From IMG/VR virus record IMGVR_UViG_3300044680_000280, positions 1 to 64,000 of that record: a stretch of 64,000 nucleotides of DNA; one strand, 5' to 3'. The notes under the pieces are model-generated. The model saw nothing but the letters and a program-made list of their open reading frames with translations, did no database searches and was not told the origin of the DNA. The position numbers and the translations under genes are program-made. Positions 26,856 to 35,363 of this stretch are shown here, in pieces. Position 1 is the stretch's first letter, and each line of letters starts with the position of its first letter.

Positions 26856-27625
26856 TTCTTCAGCTCCGCGTACACGATGCAATCTTCGGACCATTTGAGT
26901 CCGTCACAATGAACTTTACCACTTTTTTCGATGACGCAAACGCCACCCTCACCAAAATCGTTGTTTGCTTCCTTTCCCCACACGTTGGAGACAGCGAGTG
27001 CCGTTTGATTCTCTTCCACAAAGTCCATCCATCCGTTGGCAGGCACACCCCCGTCACCCCAGGCACTAACCATTAGAACCAGATCCGCATCCCCAGGTTC
27101 ATAAAAGCTGTTCCATTTGTCGTCTTTTTTGTCCCTTACGTCACGGCAAATAAGCAGACCAATCTTCCACTGTTCCCCATCTATTGTCGTGCGAATTACG
27201 GGAGGGTTGCTTTGGCCCCGACCGGCCCAAATGTAATCGTTACCAAAAGGGCAAATCTTTCGATAACTTTCATGGTATCCGTCCGGACCAATGAAGACCT
27301 GCGAATTGTAGAGCTTGTTGGTACCCAAATCGACCTCAACGAAGCCGAAAGTAATGGTCACCTGAAGATTGCGAGAGATTGACAATGCTCGACCCATCAT
27401 TGTACACGGGCTTACCCCGTTCCAATCGTCTAACCACTGGGGACTCTCTGCGAACGGGCGAGCCTCCTCCTCTGACATGAAAGAGTACCCGGTAGTCGCC
27501 AACTCAGGAGCGCATATTACTTTTGCCCCGTTCCTCGCTGCCTCAACAATCAGTGCGGACAACCGCTCGATGTTGCCCTTCTTATCCTTGAACGTAGGCT
27601 TGAATTGTATTACGGCGACACGCAT
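26852..27625 (-). CDS. carbon-nitrogen hydrolase (nitrilase superfamily)
   Basis: MRVAVIQF, PELATTGY (E), YRK (K), LICRD (C): intact catalytic triad. Confidence 0.9.
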   Translation of the reverse strand: MRVAVIQFKPTFKDKKGNIERLSALIVEAARNGAKVICAPELATTGYSFMSEEEARPFAESPQWLDDWNGVSPCTMMGRALSISRNLQVTITFGFVEVDLGTNKLYNSQVFIGPDGYHESYRKICPFGNDYIWAGRGQSNPPVIRTTIDGEQWKIGLLICRDVRDKKDDKWNSFYEPGDADLVLMVSAWGDGGVPANGWMDFVEENQTALAVSNVWGKEANNDFGEGGVCVIEKSGKVHCDGLKWSEDCIVYAELKK

Positions 27626-28584
27626 TTGGAGGCCCACCTTTTTTCCCACCTAGAGTCCCTGTTGCCATCCCTTATCTCTTTGAACGTTTTACCATAGACT
27701 TTTTGGAAACGTCCGACCTCCAGGAACATAGGACCTAACTTTTTTCTCTCTTTCATGTACTCCATTTGGGTCATATGCTGAATAGCATCTCTCAAGGTAG
27801 CTTCATCTACGGGGACCACTCCACGGCGGTGACCATCTCGAATCTCCTGGAATGTCTTGCCGTACAGGTCTACAAACAGCGCAGCCTTTGGAAATTGAAG
27901 ACCCCAATCTCTTTTCTTGACTTCGTACTCATCTACTTTGAGTCCCTGGATGAGATGACGCAGCTCATTCTCGGATGCCCATTCTCCACGCCTAGCCAAA
28001 TGGGGGTACCAACGAACGGCGGACCCTTTCTTACCTAACACACCCATTTGAGTTCGAAGTGTCTGATCATTCCTATGCTTTTCTCTCATGATTGCCGAAT
28101 GTCGCACCCCATGCTGAACCGCTGCTAGTGGGTTCTTTCGATAGTACTCCCTCATAACGAATGATTGGTGTTCTCTTACACTGGGATCGGACAACCGCCT
28201 CTTTTGTGCTTTAGAAATCTTTATTTTGTACGACGAGGTTCGTTCATACCCGGCCTCACCGCCGCTTGTACAGTTGTACCCAACGCCAGAAGTGGTACTG
28301 TTCAACTTCTCCACCCACTTAGATTCCCCTAGGCACAACGCTTCTTGATCGGAGCATTGTTCTAACTCTTCGATCGTAAAGGCACCCGGGCCGTACTTAC
28401 GAATAGCTCGGTGAAAGGGTACTTGAGACCCCCCACGCGAAGCCGCTTTGTGACGGTTCCAACGAGTCTTGAGGGTGCACACTGTCTGTCCAATGTAAAC
28501 CTTCCCGTTCACCGTATTGGTAACCAGGTAGACTACTCCGTAAGGTCGATTGGGTGACACTTCCACTTCCACATCCAGGTACAA
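27610..28584 (-). mobile_element. free-standing GIY-YIG homing endonuclease gene
   Basis: VYLVTNTVNGKVYIGQT, RWNRH, GYNCTSGGE; NUMOD-like KIKISKAQK; duplicated C-terminal YGKTFxEIRDG. Confidence 0.85.
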
Positions 28585-28597
28585 CCCATAGAAAGAA

Positions 28598-28981
28598 CTA
28601 CGCGAATTGAGCTTGCCAGCCCTCCGTTCGGGGGCCCTGGTACTTGCGGTGGTGCCGCGCCATCGGAACCTGGTGCATTGCCGTCCCAGGTACCCTTCCG
28701 TTCTTTCCGCTCACCTCTCGAAGTAGGTACGTTCCAGGACTTGCGCTGATGTTTGAGCGCCCTTCTCTAAGGAGGCGGTCAAGTACGGGAAACGGGTTGA
28801 TGACGTCGGATTGGAACCTTACGAACGATTTGCCACCGATCTGAATGATGTCAAGCGTATCGAGCCTTCGGAAACGACTCCGCAACTCGTCAGCAATATG
28901 TAGGACGAGAGCGGCCAGTTGATGGGGTGTCTCACCTGGTCGTAATTGGACAGCGAAAAACGTATTGACCTCGGGCTCCAT
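28598..28981 (-). CDS. hypothetical protein
   Basis: 127-aa ORF immediately after folA. Confidence 0.55.
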   Translation of the reverse strand: MEPEVNTFFAVQLRPGETPHQLAALVLHIADELRSRFRRLDTLDIIQIGGKSFVRFQSDVINPFPVLDRLLREGRSNISASPGTYLLREVSGKNGRVPGTAMHQVPMARHHRKYQGPRTEGWQAQFA

Positions 28982-28984
28982 GGC

Positions 28985-29524
28985 TCATGTAAGACGCTCG
29001 TATCTCCGATGTATGAGTCGAGGGTCTTCCTCGTTAGTTGTTTCTGACACCAACTGAAATCCGTCAAGAAGATTAGGCGGGAAAGTTGTGACGATACTCC
29101 CCTTTTCAAGATTCTCCTTAGCCACCTCGGGGACCAAGGTCAAATCAATTTCGTCGATGCCTTCCCTGTGATCTTCGAGCGCCATGCGGTATACTTCACC
29201 GCCACCGGCTATCCAAACGTCTCCGGTTTCCCCCTCGAGCGGAACGATCGCGGAACGCATCGCTTTAACGAAGTCCTGGAAGTACTCGCACGAACCCGCG
29301 GGGTGCTTCGACTGAGGTTTGATCTGACGGGTGATGACGACCGTGCGCCTCCCCGGTAACGGCTTCGGAAGAGACTCCCACGTGAGCCGCCCCATGACCA
29401 GAACGCCGCCCATAGTGATCTTTTTGAACCGTTTGAAGTCAGCCTTGTAGTGCCAAGGCATATCACCGTCGACTCCAATCACACCATTCGGATCCGTCGC
29501 AGCGATGACTCTGATTGTACCCAT
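28985..29524 (-). CDS. folA: dihydrofolate reductase
   Basis: GVIGVDGDMPWH...DFKRFKKIT..G.LVMGRLTWESL..PLPGRR, WIAGGGEVY. Confidence 0.93.
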   Translation of the reverse strand: MGTIRVIAATDPNGVIGVDGDMPWHYKADFKRFKKITMGGVLVMGRLTWESLPKPLPGRRTVVITRQIKPQSKHPAGSCEYFQDFVKAMRSAIVPLEGETGDVWIAGGGEVYRMALEDHREGIDEIDLTLVPEVAKENLEKGSIVTTFPPNLLDGFQLVSETTNEEDPRLIHRRYERLT

Positions 29525-29535
29525 AATGGTCTACC

Positions 29536-29542
29536 TACACCG
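29536..29542 (-). promoter_or_regulatory. CGGTGTA upstream element
   Basis: 11 nt before the folA ATG. Confidence 0.6.
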
Positions 29543-29543
29543 G

Positions 29544-30500
29544 TTAGACTGCCACCTTAAACGAAATCGCAGGATAAGGATCATACCCCTCGAGCACGAA
29601 GTGGCTCATGACCTCGTCTGTCGTGAGCTTCGGATCCATGAGGGCCTCAATGTCCTGGAGATCTCGAAGGGTCGGATCGATAACGAGACGGGGAAGCGGT
29701 TTCGGCTCCCGAGCGATCTGTTGCATGAGACCTGGAATATGATCGAACTCGGCTTTGCTACCGTCGGGCTTCATCGTGTACACGTGCGCGTCAACGAGAG
29801 TGTGGCCGAAGATTCCAGGCTCAATGCCGCTGAACTGAGAAAAGAGGCTGAGAAGTAGGGCGTAGCTTGCGATGTTGTATGGCACCCCAAGTGCGACGTC
29901 GCATGATCTCTGCGTAAGGTGCAAACAGAGCCGCTGCTTGTCCCCGTATTCGGTGTCCCCATTTTTCATACTGTTGAACTTGACCCACGGATCGTTCTGC
30001 ACGTTGAACATGAAAAGGCAATGACACGGAGGGAGCTTGCTCGTCTGAGCATTGCCGGGTGCCCATGCAGACACCACCATGCGACGGCTCATGGGGTTTC
30101 GCTTCAGTTCTTCCAACACCCAGCGGATCTGGTCGTTGAACTCTCCAATCGGTTCCGACCCCTCGGACGCCAAAGTGACGTCTTTTCCGTGTATGGGAAA
30201 ATGCCTCCAGAAATTTCCATACGCGCTTGGAACTTTCCCGCTCTCGTCGGCCCACGCATCCCAGAACTTGCAGCCGTGCCGCTTGAGGATGTCAATGTTT
30301 GTTTGCCCAGAAAGGAACCATAACATCTCAATGACGATGTTCTTCCAGCTCACGGCCTTCGTAGTGAGCAAGGGAAATCCGTTCCTCAAGTCGACTTCGT
30401 AGTAGTACCCGAAAGTCGATATGGTGTCTACGCCCGTACGATTTTCCTTACGGGTGCCCTCGTGCAGAACGTGACGAACGAGGTCGAGGTATTGCTTCAT
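29544..30500 (-). CDS. thyA: thymidylate synthase
   Basis: NRTGVDT, FPLLTTK, EMLWFLSG, RRMVVSAW, LPPCH, QRSCDVALGVPYNIASY. Confidence 0.96.
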   Translation of the reverse strand: MKQYLDLVRHVLHEGTRKENRTGVDTISTFGYYYEVDLRNGFPLLTTKAVSWKNIVIEMLWFLSGQTNIDILKRHGCKFWDAWADESGKVPSAYGNFWRHFPIHGKDVTLASEGSEPIGEFNDQIRWVLEELKRNPMSRRMVVSAWAPGNAQTSKLPPCHCLFMFNVQNDPWVKFNSMKNGDTEYGDKQRLCLHLTQRSCDVALGVPYNIASYALLLSLFSQFSGIEPGIFGHTLVDAHVYTMKPDGSKAEFDHIPGLMQQIAREPKPLPRLVIDPTLRDLQDIEALMDPKLTTDEVMSHFVLEGYDPYPAISFKVAV

Positions 30501-30508
30501 GACCCCCT

Positions 30509-31333
30509 CTACACCTCTGAGAGACCGTGCTTGATCATCTTCCGAACGAAATCCGCTTGGCGAAGTTCCCTAACGCACAAGGTCGGGTCTGCCGGGTATG
30601 ACTCTGCTATAGCCTGACATGAGTCACACACATTGATGTACGGTCTCTCGTACGTTGCTGGCTGATAACAGATTCCACACTTCGTGAGGAGTTCGGCCGC
30701 CATCTTGAGGTCATCTTTCAAGTTCTGAATTTGACGATGCGCCGAGAGGTCGTAGTGCCGCGTCCCCGAGAAGTTTTTGACCCGTTCAATAACGTGAGCC
30801 CAGTCACGTACTCGGTACTGCTCCTCAACCGGTATATTTCGTGTGTGAAAAGTCGGCCACACCATTGCGAGACCGTGCGGGTGATGTTCGTGCCAAGTGT
30901 AAACGTTCGACGGTTTGTCATCTAGGCAGATATCGGCGTCCACGAGATACTTGGCCGCCGTGTGAACTACGTGCTCATGCCGTTTGAACCCGAAGTGCTT
31001 CTCGAGCCACGCGTCTCGCTCGTAAACCCAATGCCGCGAATCGAATGGGGAGGTCACGACAAACAGATCGACGTGTCTGCGTAGCTCCTCGACGGCCTCC
31101 TGTGACCCGGCACGAATGGGTAGGGACCAGCAAAAGCCTTGAGACCCCGCGATTTCAAAGAGAATCTTGTTCTCCTCGGGGGTGAAGATATCGAACACGT
31201 CCCAAGACGTGCCAGGATGGTCGAAAAGGTCGATTTCCTTGTGGAGAACCTTTCGGGCAATATCGAGAATCGCCATTCGGTACTCATTAAGTACCTCATC
31301 CACGTCAATCCACATTCGTTTGCGGGGCTTCAC
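30509..31333 (-). CDS. 5'(3')-deoxyribonucleotidase (NT5C, HAD) with C-terminal Cys module
   Basis: IDVDEVL, VVTSP, LDDKPSN; C-terminal CGIC...CDSC. Confidence 0.85.
   Translation of the reverse strand: MKPRKRMWIDVDEVLNEYRMAILDIARKVLHKEIDLFDHPGTSWDVFDIFTPEENKILFEIAGSQGFCWSLPIRAGSQEAVEELRRHVDLFVVTSPFDSRHWVYERDAWLEKHFGFKRHEHVVHTAAKYLVDADICLDDKPSNVYTWHEHHPHGLAMVWPTFHTRNIPVEEQYRVRDWAHVIERVKNFSGTRHYDLSAHRQIQNLKDDLKMAAELLTKCGICYQPATYERPYINVCDSCQAIAESYPADPTLCVRELRQADFVRKMIKHGLSEV
30510..30515 (-). promoter_or_regulatory. GGTGTA upstream element
   Basis: 9 nt before the thyA ATG; overlaps the upstream TAG. Confidence 0.55.
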
Positions 31334-31343
31334 ACCCTATTCC

Positions 31344-31350
31344 TACACCG
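31344..31350 (-). promoter_or_regulatory. CGGTGTA upstream element
   Basis: 10 nt before GTG 31333. Confidence 0.6.
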
Positions 31351-31355
31351 GGAAT

Positions 31356-31685
31356 CTATCGCAAACGTTCTGGAATGTCCCCAAGGATACTCGATGGGAT
31401 GAGGTCCCAATCACCTTTGGGTATAGCACGAACGTCCACCAGTAGGTAAGCGTACCCTTCCGTAAAATCGGGGGGAAGCTCTTTTCCCTCGGCCGGACGA
31501 ATCAGACGCTTCTCAACGAGGTCCGTTAGAATCGCTTCCGTTTCCTTCAGATTCATCCCCAACCACAAGGAAATCTCCCCCAAAAGGGCCGGTCGGTGGC
31601 GATCCCTCAAGTACGACAGGGTTCTCAGCGCCAATTGGGACCAAAACGTCGGATTGAAGCTGCGGGGCACCGGTCGTATGGACAT
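31356..31685 (-). CDS. winged-helix-like hypothetical protein
   Basis: LGEISLWLGMNLKETEAILTDLVEKRLIR; start inferred at ATG 31685. Confidence 0.5.
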   Translation of the reverse strand: MSIRPVPRSFNPTFWSQLALRTLSYLRDRHRPALLGEISLWLGMNLKETEAILTDLVEKRLIRPAEGKELPPDFTEGYAYLLVDVRAIPKGDWDLIPSSILGDIPERLR

Positions 31686-31911
31686 CCTGTAACAACCCCC
31701 CATAAAGAGAATCCTTTGGAAGCGGGGTGTGATCGTCCAGTATGTTGTACCGAATGAGCCTAACCCCGTTGGCACTGAGCTTGTTCTTGAACGCGTCAAT
31801 GTCGTCGACGAATCCGTTGAAGGCGGTTTGTCCTCTCTCAAGTACCTCTCCCATCTCAGGAAGGGGTACTTCACCAGGGGACCAGACGACGAAGCTGTAG
31901 AACCGTTTCAT
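31513..31911 (-). CDS. hypothetical protein
   Basis: ATGA coupling to the upstream gene; its 3' end overlaps the next ORF. Confidence 0.5.
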   Translation of the reverse strand: MKRFYSFVVWSPGEVPLPEMGEVLERGQTAFNGFVDDIDAFKNKLSANGVRLIRYNILDDHTPLPKDSLYGGLLQDVHTTGAPQLQSDVLVPIGAENPVVLEGSPPTGPFGGDFLVVGDESEGNGSDSNGPR

Positions 31912-33050
31912 CGTACTACTTCCGCGGCAAACACTGGAGTTGGCATATCCGTAAGAATGGTAGGCGTGGCCAAATCCGCACGCAGGTGGAGGTCATAATC
32001 CAACTGCGCCACAATCTCCCATCGATCGTGAATCTCTCGACTTGCGAGGCTGGTGTTTCTTACATCAAGTCGTCCGACCACTCCATTGAATCTCGTGACT
32101 GGCACTCCCTCGATGGGAATGGTCGTGATTCCCGTGTGCATCCCCCGTCGTAGGACCATCGACTCCTCAGGGGACGCAACCCAGATACCAGAGGGCAACT
32201 TGTCTCTTGAGCTCTGCGCAACGGCTGGCTTCAGGTCATGCATGAGGGAGCTGACGGTCAGGGCGATGTCTCGTGCCCATTGAGCAGCAATCGTGGACCT
32301 GTGGGACCCAGCGATGTTGAACAGCAGATTACGAGCTTTCGCATCTTGAAGGCCCAACTTGACCCTGGCGAACGACTGAAAACTCAAGTACGACGTCATT
32401 CCCGTGGTATCACCTTCCAAGGAAAGAAGATCTATAAATCGACGTAGACCACCGCTCACGAATGTGGGAATGAGACTAGGGAGAGCGGTTCGGAGTTCAT
32501 CGACGATGAACGACCGCCCCTTGCGGGTTGTGGCAAGTAGGCGTCGATCCCCGAGTGCCTTGTCCTCATCGGTTTGGGCAAGACGAGAAGACAAGTCCCT
32601 GAGCAGAATCTCCTCTCTCTTTTTCTCGAACTTCCAACTGATGACAAGCGCCTCAACCTTGGGATTGATCCGTGGAAGCGGCTTCACCATCCTTCCACTC
32701 TCACGAGGGACATCAGGCGGCTGCCATATATCCTCTTCCGTGAGGGTGGCAATGGCTTTTCCTGTCTCTCGATCAATCAGCAGGACCTTATCTCCGATTT
32801 GCAGGTATTCGTCGGCTAGGTACCGTGCTACCTCCTGGAGATCCTCAACCGAGCCCTCCTGAAGCTCTGTGAGAGGCTCCAGTAGCTCGCGGGCGAGGTT
32901 AGTGGAAGCTTCCTCGCCCGACTGTCCAGCGTACTTTTCGAAGATCGATCGGAGAGCCCGGTTTCGCTGAACCTCGAACCTTGCGCCCAGCAACTGTTTG
33001 GACTTGGGAGAGGCCAGACTCGTTACATTGGGTAGGGTGAGGTCAGCCAT
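31908..33050 (-). CDS. hypothetical protein, 380 aa
   Basis: Long ORF directly downstream of the AAA ATPase; no recognised motif. Confidence 0.7.
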   Translation of the reverse strand: MADLTLPNVTSLASPKSKQLLGARFEVQRNRALRSIFEKYAGQSGEEASTNLARELLEPLTELQEGSVEDLQEVARYLADEYLQIGDKVLLIDRETGKAIATLTEEDIWQPPDVPRESGRMVKPLPRINPKVEALVISWKFEKKREEILLRDLSSRLAQTDEDKALGDRRLLATTRKGRSFIVDELRTALPSLIPTFVSGGLRRFIDLLSLEGDTTGMTSYLSFQSFARVKLGLQDAKARNLLFNIAGSHRSTIAAQWARDIALTVSSLMHDLKPAVAQSSRDKLPSGIWVASPEESMVLRRGMHTGITTIPIEGVPVTRFNGVVGRLDVRNTSLASREIHDRWEIVAQLDYDLHLRADLATPTILTDMPTPVFAAEVVR

Positions 33051-33065
33051 AGGACACTCCCGGTT

Positions 33066-34670
33066 TCAAACGATTTTCAGGGCGGCGGGCGGCGGTGCGT
33101 TTTTCCGAGTGGGAGGGGCCGCGTAGCGTGCCCGAATCCCGTCGTCGGCTTTGTCGTCGTAACCGACCCATTCGATGAGTCCTTTGACCTCGTCGACCAT
33201 CGTATTTGCGAGGCGCGGCTTCCGCTCGAGCGTCAAGTGTAGAACGTCGAAGCTGAGAGCTGAAAACTTCTTGTTGAAGCTTTCAGTCATCGCCGCCTTG
33301 ATGGCCTGTTCGATCTCTCGACCGACCATCATGTTAGCGGCTTCCGCCAAAGCGTCAAGATCGAATCGTCGCGGGTCCTGCTTGTTCTTCGCCAAGTGAA
33401 TCTTGAGGATTTCGATGCGATCCTTCTTTGAGGGGAGGTCGAAGAAGAATCGCTCATCCAGTCGGTTGATAAATTCGATGGGCAAAGACGCGAGGGAGTT
33501 CGCCGTCAGAGCGAGGCAGATGGGGGCCGTCGTTTCTTGCAGCCACGTCGAAAGGATACCGATCATACGGCTCGTCGTACCGCTATCGGTGTGATCGCTC
33601 GACTTGCCGCCAGCAAGGCTCTTTTCCGCCTCGTCAATCCAGACGATGCACGGGGAAACCTGCTCGATCATGCGGATAGCCTGGTAAACATTGGCTTCCG
33701 AAGCTCCCTGTTGAGACGAGCGTAGCTTACCCGTTTCGAGTTGGACAACGGGGAGACCCCAGGCAGTGCCCATCGCCTTGACGCTGAGGGACTTACCGCA
33801 ACCCCAGACGCCGACGTTGAGAATTCCCTTTGGCGGGGTAAGGCCGAACTGTTTCCCCTCCGGAGACCACGCGGATGCCGTGCTGACGGCCCAATCCTTG
33901 AATCTCTGAACGCCGCCGAGCTGGTCGAATGTAAAATTGCTCGTGTCGACGTACTGAAGGAGTCCGGTTTGCTTGATCGCACGCTGGCGATAGGTCGTAA
34001 TGATGTGCGGTTCGATTCGAAACCGTTTGGCCGGGTCCGGATCCTTCTTCGTGGTGACAACCGACTGGGAAATGGCGGCTGTGATCTCCCACGAGGTCAT
34101 GCCTCGGAAGATCGAGATGTCGTCGGGAACGGGAACCTTGGTGCTCCCCATCGTCTTGTTGAGGTTGGCACACGTCTCCTGGATGAGGGTTTGAATCTCC
34201 TCGTCGGTCAGTCCCGTATCGTGAACGATCTCCATGTACCGAGAAAGCTTCTCAGGAATCGACCGGCGGGGACCGACGAAGATGAGGACCTTCACCGTAT
34301 GGATATCGTTGTGCAGGCAGTGCACGATGTTGAGGATGCGCCGGGTAACGTGCTCGTCCTTGAAGAGCCGCTCGGGGTCCAGGAAGACGTAGAAGCTCTG
34401 ATCGTTGTGCAGGTCTTCTCTGTAGATGCCTTCGAGAACCGAGTTGATTTCGAGCTTCTCCTTATTTACGGTGTGCTTGTGCGCCTCCCAGTCGGCGATG
34501 ACGTCACTGATCTGGTGGAGACCCGTCGTGAAGTTGTAAACCCACGTTCGGGGAAGCCACTTCTTGTTCACCGTCGTCGATAGGTTCATGAGAAATCGAT
34601 CCTCCTCGTCCGTGACGAAGTAGATCAACCGGGAAAGGGACTTGAGGTGCTTATCGAATTCGGGCGTCAT
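33066..34670 (-). CDS. Ycf46-like AAA+ ATPase
   Basis: Degenerate N-terminal AAA-like region, then GVWGCGKSL, WIDEAEK, TAN...LPIEFINRLDERFFFDLP; start set at ATG 34670. Confidence 0.85.
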   Translation of the reverse strand: MTPEFDKHLKSLSRLIYFVTDEEDRFLMNLSTTVNKKWLPRTWVYNFTTGLHQISDVIADWEAHKHTVNKEKLEINSVLEGIYREDLHNDQSFYVFLDPERLFKDEHVTRRILNIVHCLHNDIHTVKVLIFVGPRRSIPEKLSRYMEIVHDTGLTDEEIQTLIQETCANLNKTMGSTKVPVPDDISIFRGMTSWEITAAISQSVVTTKKDPDPAKRFRIEPHIITTYRQRAIKQTGLLQYVDTSNFTFDQLGGVQRFKDWAVSTASAWSPEGKQFGLTPPKGILNVGVWGCGKSLSVKAMGTAWGLPVVQLETGKLRSSQQGASEANVYQAIRMIEQVSPCIVWIDEAEKSLAGGKSSDHTDSGTTSRMIGILSTWLQETTAPICLALTANSLASLPIEFINRLDERFFFDLPSKKDRIEILKIHLAKNKQDPRRFDLDALAEAANMMVGREIEQAIKAAMTESFNKKFSALSFDVLHLTLERKPRLANTMVDEVKGLIEWVGYDDKADDGIRARYAAPPTRKNAPPPAALKIV

Positions 34671-34680
34671 GAGATACCCA

Positions 34681-34686
34681 TACACC
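34681..34686 (-). promoter_or_regulatory. GGTGTA upstream element
   Basis: 10 nt before ATG 34670. Confidence 0.55.
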
Positions 34687-34726
34687 ACAAAAGCGAAACG
34701 GCGCAGCCTAATTTAGGTGCGCCGCT
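34686..34726 (-). terminator. putative terminator hairpin upstream of the AAA gene
   Basis: cggcgca-g-cctaa-t-ttagg-tgcgccg stem followed by TTTCGCTTTT on the minus strand. Confidence 0.5.
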
Positions 34727-34732
34727 CACGGC

Positions 34733-34756
34733 TTGGGACTGGGACCCCAGTCCCAA
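34733..34756. other. perfect 10-bp hairpin
   Basis: ttgggactgg-gacc-ccagtcccaa. Confidence 0.7.
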
Positions 34757-34778
34757 TTGAGGGGTGATTGAGGTGGTG

Positions 34779-35102
34779 TTAGCCGACCTGGTAGATGATC
34801 TCGATGTCGCCCTCGGACGTGACGTTCCGGCTGTGGATCGAGGCGCCCTTTTGCTGAAGCGTCCAGAGATACGACTTCTCGGCGTAGTGCTGCTTGAGCG
34901 TATCGAAGTCGCTGTCGTGGAAGCTCATGTCGTCGCCTTCGATCTGGCCCGTGGTCAAATCGAGGATACCGGTCGAGCGGCCGACGGTGATCTCGTACTT
35001 GGTCTTCGAGTGTTCACGGACATGCGCTCCGCAGGAGGCGAAAGCCTGTACGGCAATCGAACGATCGGTGATGGTGGATTCGGTGGTTACTCGCTTGGAC
35101 AT
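34779..35102 (-). CDS. DUF1257 (Ycf35)-like protein
   Basis: MSKRVTTESTITD...LKQHYAEK...QQKG...EGDIEI resembles DUF1257; context next to the Ycf46-like ATPase. Confidence 0.65.
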   Translation of the reverse strand: MSKRVTTESTITDRSIAVQAFASCGAHVREHSKTKYEITVGRSTGILDLTTGQIEGDDMSFHDSDFDTLKQHYAEKSYLWTLQQKGASIHSRNVTSEGDIEIIYQVG

Positions 35103-35141
35103 GGTTCCCTCTTTCGATGATTCTAACGTGGTTTCGGTATT

Positions 35142-35324
35142 TCAGCCAGCCGAGGTGGTTTCCGTTTGGGGATCGCACTCCGGTCCGGTGTCCTCGTCGC
35201 TCAACTGGCGACCGAGACTGTTCGTGATGGTATACACCGTCGAACAAAGATGTTCCTGGCGATCGACAACTTCGGTGACGACTCGTCCGGCAGGCTTCTT
35301 CTTGATGGTAGCTTTGACAATCAT
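35142..35324 (-). CDS. DUF2997-like protein
   Basis: 60 aa: TIKKKPAGRVVTEV...C...LG; GGAG SD; context. Confidence 0.65.
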   Translation of the reverse strand: MIVKATIKKKPAGRVVTEVVDRQEHLCSTVYTITNSLGRQLSDEDTGPECDPQTETTSAG

Positions 35325-35363
35325 TGGGGTCTCCTAATCGGTTCCGTAGCCGCTCTAGGTTTT

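Noticed and set aside
27610-28584. GIY-YIG gene as part of a group I intron
   Set aside because: Flanking ORFs (28598-28981 and the nitrilase) appear complete with their own start and stop; no split host gene was seen.
29544-30500. thyA homologue as a base-hypermodification enzyme (hmC/hmU synthase)
   Set aside because: It has the dUMP-specific Asn (PYNIASY) and is paired with DHFR, so it is a canonical thymidylate synthase.
8671-34583. Long plus-strand ORFs (e.g. 8671-9363, 33741-34583) and similar alternate-frame ORFs
   Set aside because: They are antisense shadows of well-supported minus-strand genes in GC-rich coding DNA and carry no motifs.
34686-34756. tRNA or tmRNA in the structured intergenic region
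   Set aside because: Two independent hairpins with no cloverleaf, no T-loop GTTCRA and no CCA end.
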